The notes beneath the pieces are model-generated. The model did no database searches. It saw only the letters and a program-made list of their open reading frames with translations, and was not told where the DNA came from. Below are positions 12,735 to 23,047 of a stretch of 64,000 bases of DNA, one piece after another. Origin of the DNA: an uncultured Nitrososphaeraceae archaeon (GTDB taxonomy: Archaea; Thermoproteota; Nitrososphaeria; Nitrososphaerales; Nitrososphaeraceae); the NCBI GenBank assembly GCA_963825865.1, contig CAWGVG010000005.1, forward strand, positions 32,001 to 96,000, written 5' to 3'. Position 1 is the first letter of the stretch; each line of letters opens with the position of its first letter. A program made the translations under genes and the position numbers.

Positions 12735-13619
12735 TTACGTGATTGTTCGTAAACTAAATTGATCCGTTATTTTATTCTGCGGTTGTTTGGCATTTATTGT
12801 AGTAATTTCAGCTCTTATGGTGTAATCTGTATTGGGTTTTAGGAACGGTGCTTGAAGGTGGTATGCACCGGTACTGCTAAAGTCCGGACCATATACTCTT
12901 GTCTCATTGATATCCTTTCCTGCTATCAACTCAAGTGGTAGTTTTTCTCCTGCTACGGTAAATGTTTTTGAAAATACCTTGTTAGTATTATTATCCTTAA
13001 ATATAGTTACATTGTATGTAAGTGGCGTTGACCTGTCTAACGGTACTGTTAGCGGCGTAAACTCTAGCAAAGTTCTCAAGTCTTTTGTGAGATTGAACGT
13101 TGGGCCTACACCTGAAGAGAATTCAAAGTTAGTTCCTCTTTCTATTCCGCTACTTACAGATACAACTGCAAGTCTCCATGGATGTATCTCACAATGATAT
13201 ACGAAATCGCCGGCTTTATTGAATGTATACTGAAAGAAAGAATTTGCTGTGGCTGGCATAATACCAGAGTTAAAGAGAGCACCAGAACCTGAAACTGATG
13301 GTAAACCACTAGTTACTGTATGAGGTTGTTCTGGATCATTGTTAAACCATGCTACAGTAGTATCAACAGGAACTGCAATTGAAGGAGGATAATAATGAAT
13401 AAGATTGGTTTTGTGAGCTGCTCCTGGGACTATACTTACTGCATATGTTGCTCCTATATTTTGTAGTGTAGCCATACTTCCTGTTTGTCCATAGACGTTA
13501 GCAATAGTAGTAGTTGTTGTTGTTGTAAGTGATGTTAATGCTACTGCAGAGGCTATTGTCGCTGCAGTGCAAATCAGAAGTAATAAAGTTTTATTGTAAA
13601 TAACAGGCATTTTTAGCAT
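12735..13619 (-). CDS. Secreted plastocyanin/azurin-family cupredoxin with C-terminal extension
   Basis: Signal peptide; YYPPSIAVPVDTTVAWFNND..PHTVTS...FNSG...YTF.KAGDFVYHCEIHPWR. Confidence 0.85.
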   Translation of the reverse strand: MLKMPVIYNKTLLLLICTAATIASAVALTSLTTTTTTTIANVYGQTGSMATLQNIGATYAVSIVPGAAHKTNLIHYYPPSIAVPVDTTVAWFNNDPEQPHTVTSGLPSVSGSGALFNSGIMPATANSFFQYTFNKAGDFVYHCEIHPWRLAVVSVSSGIERGTNFEFSSGVGPTFNLTKDLRTLLEFTPLTVPLDRSTPLTYNVTIFKDNNTNKVFSKTFTVAGEKLPLELIAGKDINETRVYGPDFSSTGAYHLQAPFLKPNTDYTIRAEITTINAKQPQNKITDQFSLRTIT

Positions 13620-14276
13620 TTTAAGGGGCCTTGTTTCTTAAAAGCTTTCGCTGATATAGATGCTCTCCATAAATATTCATTTGTCATCTATTAGAGTAAG
13701 ACGATGGATGATAGGAAAAGGAAACCACAAAGAGACAAGAACGGCAATGAAGACTGTTTGCTGTTAAGAACTATCAGACACATTTTAAAGTATAGCTAGC
13801 ATCTATTTTCAAATGTCGCCAGACAGTCAGTAGATCTTACTTAGACTCTTGGGGTAGAATAGATATATTCCTTCAAATATCTATCCTATCACCGGTGTTT
13901 TATCACAGGGGTTAACCACTGTTAACAATTCCGAGGGATGTATTGGATGCAGTGAATAACGGAAATGGTAATGATATATCGAATTTAAGGTGGGATGTGT
14001 GCTTAGCATACAGCCATAACTAAAATACACGCCCTAAGCTAATGTGGAAGAAAATAGAAAGTATTGAAGAGTCTACGTGGGATAAGGTAAAGGAATATTG
14101 TGGATTGGTTACGGATTCCAGAGACTTTATTCGCCATTTACAGGTATGAGAAAATGAAAGAAATTCTCTACACAAAAAGTAGAGACTGGCCTGAAAGTAA
14201 TGCTTTACAACAGGTTCATTAGCTTGTAGCCATCAGGAAAAATGGTAATAAATTGAATATCAAAACATGCAATAAG

Positions 14277-14373
14277 GAATTAAGCTACAAACTAACCATT
14301 ATTATGTCTATATAACACGACAATGTACCTTATATAAAAATGGAATCAACTCAATTAGTTTGTAGCTTAATTC
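14277..14373. repeat. 19-bp perfect inverted repeat (MITE-like)
   Basis: GAATTAAGCTACAAACTAA at 14277-14295 and its reverse complement at 14355-14373; related solo copy at ~8060-8077. Confidence 0.7.
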
Positions 14374-14413
14374 AGAAATAACATCATTCAAGGACTTTTT
14401 TCAACATGAGTAT

Positions 14414-15022
14414 ATGTATGTATGTATACAAACATTAAAGAGCGATACACCTGTTATTGCAATGGAGGATTCATCATCATCTGATAATAAAGAAGATATT
14501 GCAAAACAAATACTGTCAGGTGAAATAAACAAAGTCCATGTCAATCCTACAATTATAAATCAAAATGAATGTGCTGCATGCCATATACTGTTCAAATTAG
14601 TTGATAAAATGCAGCTAAGTGAATCAGATGCTTCTGACATATTATCAGAAATTCTATTTCACAATCCAAAGTTAAATGATTTTTTTATTGAAATGGTAGA
14701 AAATATCCATATGAAGCAAAGGATGATGGCGATACCATTTTCAATTAAGAGTAGAGATGCAAAAGACAGATTCGTCGAATCTAATTTTAAAAACCTTTTA
14801 GCTGAGTTAACTTCAGATCTTATAAATTATGGATCTGATATTGTTCTCCGTAAATTGTTAATATCGGCAATTGCATTGGAAATTGCCCAAAATATTGGTA
14901 TCGATCACCATGCTGCTACTGAGGAACTTTATTACTATATGCGAAAGTATGATCAGAAAACACACGAAGGTATCCTTGCATTTATTGATAGTTTATATAA
15001 AAGAATAAGTAGGAAAGATTAA
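14414..15022 (+). CDS. Helical hypothetical protein with a CxxCH motif
   Basis: 202-aa ORF (start possibly MEDSSSS); NECAACHILFKL; no signal peptide. Confidence 0.7.
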   Translation: MYVCIQTLKSDTPVIAMEDSSSSDNKEDIAKQILSGEINKVHVNPTIINQNECAACHILFKLVDKMQLSESDASDILSEILFHNPKLNDFFIEMVENIHMKQRMMAIPFSIKSRDAKDRFVESNFKNLLAELTSDLINYGSDIVLRKLLISAIALEIAQNIGIDHHAATEELYYYMRKYDQKTHEGILAFIDSLYKRISRKD

Positions 15023-15363
15023 AAATTATACTACTATGAGTCTCCCTTCTCTTATTCCGCCAGGAGTACACCATCTGCACGTAAGACCCATGAATGGAAG
15101 TAAGCTAATGAGTCCTACTCCAACCAGCATTCCAATGATGCAAATATTGAATTTTGTTATCTTGAACATATCACCTTAGTTTTGCACAGGTAAGTATTAC
15201 TAATATTCTCAATAATGGTTTAAAGAAATTAGTAGTCATTATGATAAATCAGTCATATTGATAGAATTAACCTGTGTTATTAGATGTCACATCATGAACT
15301 TTGAGTTGCAAAAATGAGTCAATTTTGATTCATAGTTGCTCTGGCGTGTGATTGCAAATGTAG

Positions 15364-15493
15364 GTTAACTTTGTTAACTAATCTTTTAATTGTCTAATTA
15401 TCTAAACCCAACACAAATATGTCTATTAACTTATAACCACCTATAATCTACCATAAAATAACAATAGGCGTTTTATTCATTAACTTGGTTAAT
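15364..15493. promoter_or_regulatory. Pair of palindromic TTAAC-N3-GTTAA operator candidates
   Basis: GTTAACTTTGTTAAC at 15364-15378 and ATTAACTTGGTTAAT at 15479-15493, upstream of the 15517 gene. Confidence 0.55.
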
Positions 15494-15516
15494 TAATAGT
15501 TAAAAAGCATTGGTAC

Positions 15517-16152
15517 ATGACTTTACAAATGAAAAAATACAATAACACTAAAACAATAATAGCTGTATCTAATAAATCAGCAATACTAGTATACGTTGTT
15601 AGTGCGCTAATGATTTCTACTGCTGCCGTATACTTTATTGTTGCTTCTCAAGATTACTCTGAACTTTCGCAGTCAGCATCGTCATCTGATAATACTACTA
15701 CCACTCCTGAAAGTAAGGGCCAAGGACATATAATTGCAACCGTGAATGAAATGGTATTTTTCATTATAGTTGGTGTAGCATATATTGCAGCTGGAATATG
15801 GATGCTAGAGAATAAGTATTATAGTAAAATACCATACATCATAGCTATTATAGGCTCAATAGCACTCATTGCATTTTATATATCTACAAGGACAATGAAT
15901 ATTCCTTCTATAGGTAGTACAAGATGGTATAGGTACAACAGATATACTTTCCAAGGTCATGCAAGCAGCTATAGCTGGTGTATCGATATACATTGTCAGG
16001 ACTTCAACAATAATATGGAGAAGTGCTACAACAACAAGAACATCATCATCAGCAGCAGAAATATTAGAATATCAAGAGCTAAAAACACAAGAGAAAGAAG
16101 AAAAGCCATCAAACTGAGAAAGAATTGGACTTTTCTGGCTACCAATAAATAG
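15517..16152 (+). CDS. Four-TM membrane protein (paralogue of 18811 and 37882), frameshifted near 15915
   Basis: EMVFFIIVGVAYIAAGIWML..K....PYIIAIIGSIALIAFYISTRT.NIP.IG; the next motif (VQDDIG..DILSKV) is in another frame. Confidence 0.7.
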   Translation: MTLQMKKYNNTKTIIAVSNKSAILVYVVSALMISTAAVYFIVASQDYSELSQSASSSDNTTTTPESKGQGHIIATVNEMVFFIIVGVAYIAAGIWMLENKYYSKIPYIIAIIGSIALIAFYISTRTMNIPSIGSTRWYRYNRYTFQGHASSYSWCIDIHCQDFNNNMEKCYNNKNIIISSRNIRISRAKNTRERRKAIKLRKNWTFLATNK

Positions 16153-16824
16153 TCAGAGACATTAGTGAAGCACAATGCAATAGCCGCTATATTCTCTTTC
16201 ACATCCAATAATGAAGAATACGTTTATGAAAGTGTTAGTGTTGACTTTCAAATAATGATTATGCAGGTTGCATCTTTAGATTGAGACAATCACATTTTAT
16301 CGATAAAAACGTAATAAAAATAAAGAAATTCATCGCATCTAACAATAATGTGAATCGAAGCCAGGGAAGATTATTGATTGATTGATTGATTGGTGTCGAT
16401 ATCATAATTTAATTTAAGCCTCATATTCCAATATAACACTATATGATCTATCATATACTGCGCATTCCTAACTAATAAATATCGTAGTAACAATTGCATT
16501 AATGGTAATAAAAGATAATGACTGAAAACATAATCACCCAAAGTTATTGTGAAGTGTGTGGAGTTGATGTAGATTCCCAAGCCAATCTAAGAAGATTGAA
16601 CTAAACATTTACCATCATCTATATTATCTTAATTGAGTGAACCTAAAAAAGGTATTTCAACATTCAAGAAACTCAAAAATAAATTAGGTCTTAGTAGTGG
16701 CGACAAGTACTCGTATTTGCTTATTCTCAACAACAGAAGAAGAACAAGGGATCACAAGATAATAGGGAGCAGAAACTCTTTTACATACCTCATTGTCACG
16801 TTATATTTTCAACTATTGTTAGTA

Positions 16825-17133
16825 TTATCTTCTAATCCATAAGCTGATTCTAGTAAAATTCAGAAATCCCTTAACCCACCTTGAATATGCTTCAAACCCC
16901 TTTTCTGTTACATGATAGAATGTAGAATCAGAAGTTTTAATCGAATTTATCAAATCTTGACTTTCCAACGTTAGCATAATATCAGATACTCTATCTTTGC
17001 GTTGTTGTTTAATACCAGGAACTTTAGTTATAATATGATACTTGCTTACAGGAGTCTTTATGGCGTTAATACATAAGTACTCTAATATTGAAAGCATAGT
17101 GTATTCGGATGAAAATCGCCTTTTTGCAGTCAA
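16825..17133 (-). CDS. Winged-helix DNA-binding protein
   Basis: ILEYL...VSKYHI...LESQDLI...FYHVTEKG. Confidence 0.7.
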   Translation of the reverse strand: MTAKRRFSSEYTMLSILEYLCINAIKTPVSKYHIITKVPGIKQQRKDRVSDIMLTLESQDLINSIKTSDSTFYHVTEKGFEAYSRWVKGFLNFTRISLWIRR

Positions 17134-17395
17134 ATTTAATGCATTTTTGAATTGTGGTTAAGGAAGCAGTTTTACTATTATGTGTTTTGTTTGCTTGCTT
17201 ATCCTTTTATGGATATGTAACAACAGAAAAAATTACATACTGACACAATATTTATCACCTATATATAGATATATATATTTAATTACTAGAGTAGTAGCGC
17301 CATGGTAAGGATAGCCGTTCACATGAATTTAGAGAACTTGTTGATTCCCTTGCGCCAGATCTCTAAAAGGATATTGTAGTACTAGAGCTGTCTTT

Positions 17396-17649
17396 TTAAT
17401 GTATAATATTTACGTCTGAGGAAGAATTATTAAGCAATTTAGAAATCTCATCATATAAATATAAAAACCTCATTCCCTTGTCAGATATTCTATACGTTCT
17501 TCGATTTCCTTCTTGATATTTTATTAGGCCAGCATAAATTAAAATTGATAAATATTGTTTTATCTGCGCATATGATAAAAAGGCGCTATACATTATTTGT
17601 AAAAGATAACAGCTCGATATATATCTTAACTAATTTCTGTTATTTTCAT
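17396..17649 (-). pseudogene. Small wHTH regulator with degenerate 5' end
   Basis: MYSAFLSYAQIKQYLSIL...GLIKY...YRISDKG matches the 55966 paralogue. Confidence 0.65.
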
Positions 17650-18512
17650 TATGGCATAAGCAAAGGCCTTTCGATTATTATGATATATCCTAGTTTTTTG
17701 TCTTTTGGATGCAATGCTAGATTATATGCATCTGAAGTTGCATCATCACCAATTATCAAAGCCAAACTAACATTATTTTTTGTTATTGAAGTATATTTAG
17801 ACAGCAAATTAGAATAAGACAAAATAGTATTTGTATCTATTGTACCGTTTACAAATTTAACTATTATAGAACCATATTTCTGAAGAACCATTTTAAGGTC
17901 TTGATAACTGCTGTTTTCGGTTGGCTTTAGATTATCTTTGTCTATAACTATGTCAAATTGTGTTGTTGCAGTTGAAGTTTCTTTACCAAAAGCAATATCA
18001 AAAAATTCATTATAGTTGCCTCTTGAAGAAATATACTCCCGCAGCTGTGGCCCTACTTCTTCGACTGTTTCTGCTATCGCACGAACTGCTTCCTCTTTAG
18101 TTTTGCTACCCATTGAAATAGTTATTCCAGCTGATATGGAGTTTCGCTCAAAGGCATCAGCCCAACGTTCAAGAACTCTTTTAGACTTTATCGTCAGCCT
18201 AACCATATACAATAAAGCGACTATAGAACCAGCTGAAAAAACTGTAATTAAAGGATCAAGAGAAAAAGGAAGATTTGCGTGAACTTCTAGCATATCTAAT
18301 ATAGATAAAATAAATAGAGCAACTACTATACCAATTATTATGTAAGAATTTTTTTCTATTGAATGTACTAGTGTTGCAGCCCTATGAGCATATCTTGTTG
18401 CTAATGTTGGAGATTCTGGTATGGATGATAATCCGTCATCATCATCATCATTGCTATTATTATTAGCTTTATCTTCGTCGATTTTTTTGTTGCTAGAGTC
18501 CTTAGTACTCAT
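17649..18512 (-). CDS. Hypothetical membrane protein (2 TM plus soluble alpha/beta domain)
   Basis: 287-aa ORF with two hydrophobic segments. Confidence 0.65.
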   Translation of the reverse strand: MSTKDSSNKKIDEDKANNNSNDDDDDGLSSIPESPTLATRYAHRAATLVHSIEKNSYIIIGIVVALFILSILDMLEVHANLPFSLDPLITVFSAGSIVALLYMVRLTIKSKRVLERWADAFERNSISAGITISMGSKTKEEAVRAIAETVEEVGPQLREYISSRGNYNEFFDIAFGKETSTATTQFDIVIDKDNLKPTENSSYQDLKMVLQKYGSIIVKFVNGTIDTNTILSYSNLLSKYTSITKNNVSLALIIGDDATSDAYNLALHPKDKKLGYIIIIERPLLMP

Positions 18513-18635
18513 AGATAAATTTCATATTCAAATGTTCTTTTTCAAAATATATAAAGCTGTAGGGGAACTTAGTTCACTGCTAAGAAAACTAAGTTACTCC
18601 TATTCTATTATAATTGCTTCAAGAATCTGTTCATA

Positions 18636-18814
18636 TGAAAACAACTAACATACTTGTTGGTGTTGCATATGATAAACTCATTCATGAGCATGAGTTTATT
18701 CGAGCAACAGATAAAGAAGCAAATAAGTTCTGTGTCCAGTGTATTACTTGCGGAATATGCTACTGTGACCTTTGGCAAGACTTTAAAAACATCAATAGTG
18801 GGTTTTACAAATGA
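18636..18814 (+). CDS. Small Cys/His-rich putative Zn-binding protein
   Basis: HEHEF...CVQCITCGICYCDL; possibly frameshifted at the 3' end. Confidence 0.45.
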
Positions 18815-19365
18815 AAAAATATAGCAACACTAAAACAATAATTGCTGTATCTGATAAACCTGCAATATTAGTATATGTTGTTGCTGCACTAATGATTTGT
18901 ACTGGTGCCTTATACTTTATTGTTGCTTCCCAGGATTACTCTGAACTCCCACAATCGTCAGCTGCTAGTAACAATAATAGTGATAGCAAAGACGAGGGAG
19001 ATACAATCGCAACTGTAAATGAAATAGTATTTTTCATTGTGGTTGGTATAGCATACACTGCAGCTGGAATATGGATGCTGGAGAACAAGTATTATAGTAA
19101 AGTGTCTTACGTTATAGCAACCATAGGCTCAATAGCGCTCATTGCATTTTATATATCTACAAGAACGATAAATATTCCATCTATAGGAGTACAAGATGAT
19201 ATAGGTGCAATAGATATACTCTCCAAAGGTACTGCAGTCGGCTATAGCTGGTATATCGATATACATTCTAAGATCGTCAACAGTAATATGGAGAAGTGCA
19301 ACAACAAGAGCACAACCGTCCTCGTTGTCATCGCAATCATCATCAGCAGGCAGCAGAAATATTAG
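18811..19365 (+). CDS. Four-TM membrane protein (paralogue of 15517)
   Basis: Clearly similar to 15517 over ~130 aa; GVQDDIGAIDILSK then a probable frameshift. Confidence 0.7.
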   Translation: MKKYSNTKTIIAVSDKPAILVYVVAALMICTGALYFIVASQDYSELPQSSAASNNNSDSKDEGDTIATVNEIVFFIVVGIAYTAAGIWMLENKYYSKVSYVIATIGSIALIAFYISTRTINIPSIGVQDDIGAIDILSKGTAVGYSWYIDIHSKIVNSNMEKCNNKSTTVLVVIAIIISRQQKY

Positions 19366-19777
19366 AACATGAAGTGCGAAAAATGCAGAAGAGAAACGAA
19401 AACCAGGAGAGAAACAAAGATGACTCTTCTGGTTGTAGCAAAGCAGAATGATTGTAAATTAAAAGTAGGGGTTTTCAGAACAGATTTGTACAAATCGCAC
19501 ACTCCTGTCATATATATTGCTCAGATAACAATAATAATCCTAGCTATTGAATTTACCATATTGTGCTATTATATTGCTGCATGTCCTACACTTGTACTTT
19601 CCTTTTTCACGCACTAATAGCAGTTCTAAAGAGAGACTCCGTGTATAATTAATGCATATTTTCCATTGCAGATGTTATCTAAAAGGTGTGTGCATTGATT
19701 ACTACACTTTTGCTTAGTATGCAATCCATTGATAAGAGACATGAGATCTAAATTCTTTGGGCTAGGCCTAAGTATTA

Positions 19778-19984
19778 TTATTCTTCTTTTTTCTTCTTTT
19801 TAACAACATACCACATACCATATTTGCTGTGCGGCCTGCACCTTAATTGGCGGTTGCAACAAGGGCATTTGAGACTACCATTTGATTGTATCCATTCGGA
19901 ACACCCTGTGCAATATTTCGCGTTAAAGTCTTTATAATAAGACAAACCTCCTACTTTCTTTCTAGCCTTATATTGATTGCACAT
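19778..19984 (-). CDS. Small Zn-finger protein
   Basis: C..YKA...KYCTGCSEWI...LKCPCCNRQLRCRP. Confidence 0.6.
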   Translation of the reverse strand: MCNQYKARKKVGGLSYYKDFNAKYCTGCSEWIQSNGSLKCPCCNRQLRCRPHSKYGMWYVVKKKKKEE

Positions 19985-20246
19985 CCCTCTGCATGGGATT
20001 ATTATAACAATAATACTCTAAAAATAAGAAAAATATAATCACATCGCAACATTGACATCATCGATATCATTCATCGTCAAACGTTAGCTCTGCGGAGTAT
20101 AAAAAGACTAGATTAAATATTTGATCTTTCGCAAAGAGGCTAACTTTTTGATTTGTATGTCCAATGGATCTTCATATTCTTTTTCCATGATCTCTGTCTT
20201 CCAGCATTTAACGCAGTAGATTCGATTCATTTCATTTTGATTCTAC

Positions 20247-20699
20247 CTATTTCGACACTCCTTGCATAGACTCAACCTGCGCTAACTTCTCTTGCAATTG
20301 TTTTAAATACATCACTGAAGGCCCTTCCTCAATCAACTTAAAGATTGCCTCATTGCATTCCTTTGCTAGCTTTAGAGCTGATATCCTTTGATACATGTTT
20401 ATATTTTCATCATCTTCATGCTGGTAGATATTCCAACATTCCTTAATGATATCACGAATACCTTCAATTGAGATTTGATGCATAAATGGCAAGGTTTCCC
20501 TAGCCAGATCATTCAGGTAGTTCTGGGACTCTGCAGTTAAGAACTTGATATCTCTGACTATAGTAGGAGGAGAAACGTTCAGCTCTTTGGCAATCTCATA
20601 CCCTTTCATATTATTACCTCTTGTCAGAAGTGTCCAAACCCGTTGCCGTCTTTCCCTTATAATCGCCTGGTTGTTTGGAAGATTATTATTTTTAGACAT
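20247..20699 (-). CDS. HTH-domain protein
   Basis: RERRQRVWTLL.RG....EIAKELNVSPPTIVRDIKFL. Confidence 0.8.
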   Translation of the reverse strand: MSKNNNLPNNQAIIRERRQRVWTLLTRGNNMKGYEIAKELNVSPPTIVRDIKFLTAESQNYLNDLARETLPFMHQISIEGIRDIIKECWNIYQHEDDENINMYQRISALKLAKECNEAIFKLIEEGPSVMYLKQLQEKLAQVESMQGVSK

Positions 20700-21053
20700 A
20701 TATTATGATTGCAGTTATTTCGTATATTCACACACAGACTGATAAATTTATTTCAAAGAAAAATAAATAAGCAAAGGTCATCAAATCAAATTAAAAAGTC
20801 ACACACTTAAGGTGTTATAGTTACCGAAGTGCATTGGTCCTTTAATTCCCAAAATAAGCACTTATAGTGATAGCTATGAGTAAATGTAGCTTTATTAAAT
20901 AACAATCGTTTGCTAATGAAAGCTTTATGCTAATAAAAGATATCTTCTCTCTTTTATCTTCTGTTTTGGAAAAGATTGATTTTTGTTGACTAGGAATAAG
21001 ATTCATGAGGAAAATGTTTATACATTAAAAAGCTTATCTGAAAATGATTTGAT

Positions 21054-21878
21054 CTGTCAACAGAAAAGCAAATACACGAACGGAAAACACTAGGATATTT
21101 CATTTCTGCAATTATTGTTGCAGTCATTGTTGCGAATTCTATAATAATTTTCTCAGATTCACACAATAAACCTTCTTCTACTTTTTTGATTCTAAATATA
21201 ACAGCAGCTATTGCGTCAAGTTTAGGTATAATTGTAGTATACCGTCATGGACTCCATGGAGTTCATGGTAGATCATATTTGTTTCTAACACTAGGTATTA
21301 TTTCTTGGTTCGCTGCAGACCTGACTCTTGCTTATTACTATTTTGCTTTAGGTATAGAGGAACAAATACTTGTATCTGTTACAGATGTTTTATGGTTTAT
21401 CGGATATCTATTCCTTGCAGCACATTTGTTCACAGTGCTTCGATTCATACGCAGTAGGATCAAATTAATGACTGTCATTCTAACATCGATAGTTACACTG
21501 TTGTTCATTACTTACATTGTGATTAACCTATTGCCTTCATCACGATTTCTTGCCGAAGGTGATTTTACGGCTTTTGTTGTTACTATCACCTATCCAATTT
21601 TGGATATGATGTTATTTGTTCCCTCAATGATAATACTAATTAGCTTACGAAAGGACGATGTACAATCAATTCCATGGATTCTTTCATCCCTCTCTCTATT
21701 AGTCAATGCTGTAGCGGATGAGCGATATGTAAATGACTTTGTAAATGGCCGTCTGCACAACCTATTGTTTTGGGATATATTTTATGTGACAGATTTCATA
21801 ATCATGGCAGGTGCTCTATTTTGGTATTATAGATTTCATATTTCACCTGAACGAAGAAAGATGAAAATTACTGGTTAA
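21054..21878 (+). CDS. 7-TM membrane sensor-like protein (MASE/histidine-kinase N-terminal type) without kinase domain
   Basis: LTLGIISWFAAD, SVTDVLWFIGY, YPILD; frame stays open upstream of the TTG at 21186 to a CTG at 21054. Confidence 0.65.
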   Translation: MSTEKQIHERKTLGYFISAIIVAVIVANSIIIFSDSHNKPSSTFLILNITAAIASSLGIIVVYRHGLHGVHGRSYLFLTLGIISWFAADLTLAYYYFALGIEEQILVSVTDVLWFIGYLFLAAHLFTVLRFIRSRIKLMTVILTSIVTLLFITYIVINLLPSSRFLAEGDFTAFVVTITYPILDMMLFVPSMIILISLRKDDVQSIPWILSSLSLLVNAVADERYVNDFVNGRLHNLLFWDIFYVTDFIIMAGALFWYYRFHISPERRKMKITG

Positions 21879-22596
21879 TAGGTCTCTATACGTTGACATA
21901 GTATACCCTATGTCAATTAACCGGTTTATCATATGTTTTTGTTCTTCTAATGCACCATGTGGATCCCGGGGATGGAGAGCAATTCTTATAATGCGAGGAT
22001 TTTGTTTAATCAACAAATTGAAACACCTTTCGTCTTTGGCAATGTTTATAGCATTTTTTTCTGGATAGCCAGTAGAATCCCAATTCAATACCTTGGAAAC
22101 TTTTATTTTCATAGATACATTATGGGAAAGCAATACAAACTTTTCTTGCGTTTCTGCTAAATCAAATCCTAACTTCTGCAATACCTCAATTGAGCTGTTG
22201 TTTAGCTTCCAAGCTGGTGGTACAAACACGTTTGGTTTTATTCCTATCTCGTGAAGTATCTCAAGCCCTGCACGTATTTCCTCTTCTGCGGTCTGCTTTT
22301 GTTATTGTATGAAAATCATCAAATCTGCCATTTCTACGCTCATGATAAAGACCATGTAGCGCTATATCGCATCTTTTGTAAGATTTGATTTTGTCTACAA
22401 ATTCAGGAAACCGCGGAAGGTCTTGCTTTTCCTTGAAGAAAGGTACCAGTGCAATATTGTAATTTATATCCAGCTCTTCGAGATCATCAGCAAACTGGAA
22501 TATTCTTGTAGAGAAAAAAGGACAGACATCATGTATTGTAACTATTGCTAATCGTGTTTGTTGCTGTTGTTGTTGTTGCTGCTGCGATTGTGACAT
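21843..22596 (-). CDS. DUF2334-like polysaccharide deacetylase, frameshifted
   Basis: IHDVCP, IALHGLYH, FVPPAW, RIALHPRD. Confidence 0.75.
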
Positions 22597-22916
22597 ATAT
22601 TGTTAATAATTGTATACAAACAGCAAGCTATTATTTTGTTAATGTTATTCCATCAATTATAGGCATAGTTGTTATCAGCCGTGCATTAGGCTTACCATTA
22701 GGTTGTAGTTTGTTATAATCGACGTATTTTTCAAGTGTCTTTATTAATCGAGAATGGTCGCATAAGTCCACTTATGGGAGTACTTTCCTTGGAACATAAC
22801 CTTTAAACTTACACTGTTCGTTTGTTAAATATGAATTGTTGTCCACGTAATATGATAACAATCACAAAACCTGCATACAGAAGGCCTGTTTCCAAGGAAC
22901 TAGGAAGGGGTTTCAC

Positions 22917-22975
22917 ATAAAGATCGTCGTCGATTTGAACCGGTGTCAGAGCTATGGACAATGTGTCTTTGCCGC
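22917..22975 (+). pseudogene. Ferredoxin gene fragment
   Basis: Reads IKIVVDLNRCQSYGQCVFAA, then ends at a 34-bp repeat. Confidence 0.5.
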
Positions 22976-23047
22976 ATGATTGTAAATTAAAAGTAGGGGT
23001 TTTCAGAACTTAATAAATATGGAGGAAGAGGTTGTTACAACAACAAC

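Noticed and set aside
17295-17358. tRNA-like end (TTGATTCCCTTGCGCCA) as a possible att site or tRNA
   Set aside because: No cloverleaf can be built and it does not match the tRNA-Gly 3' exon.
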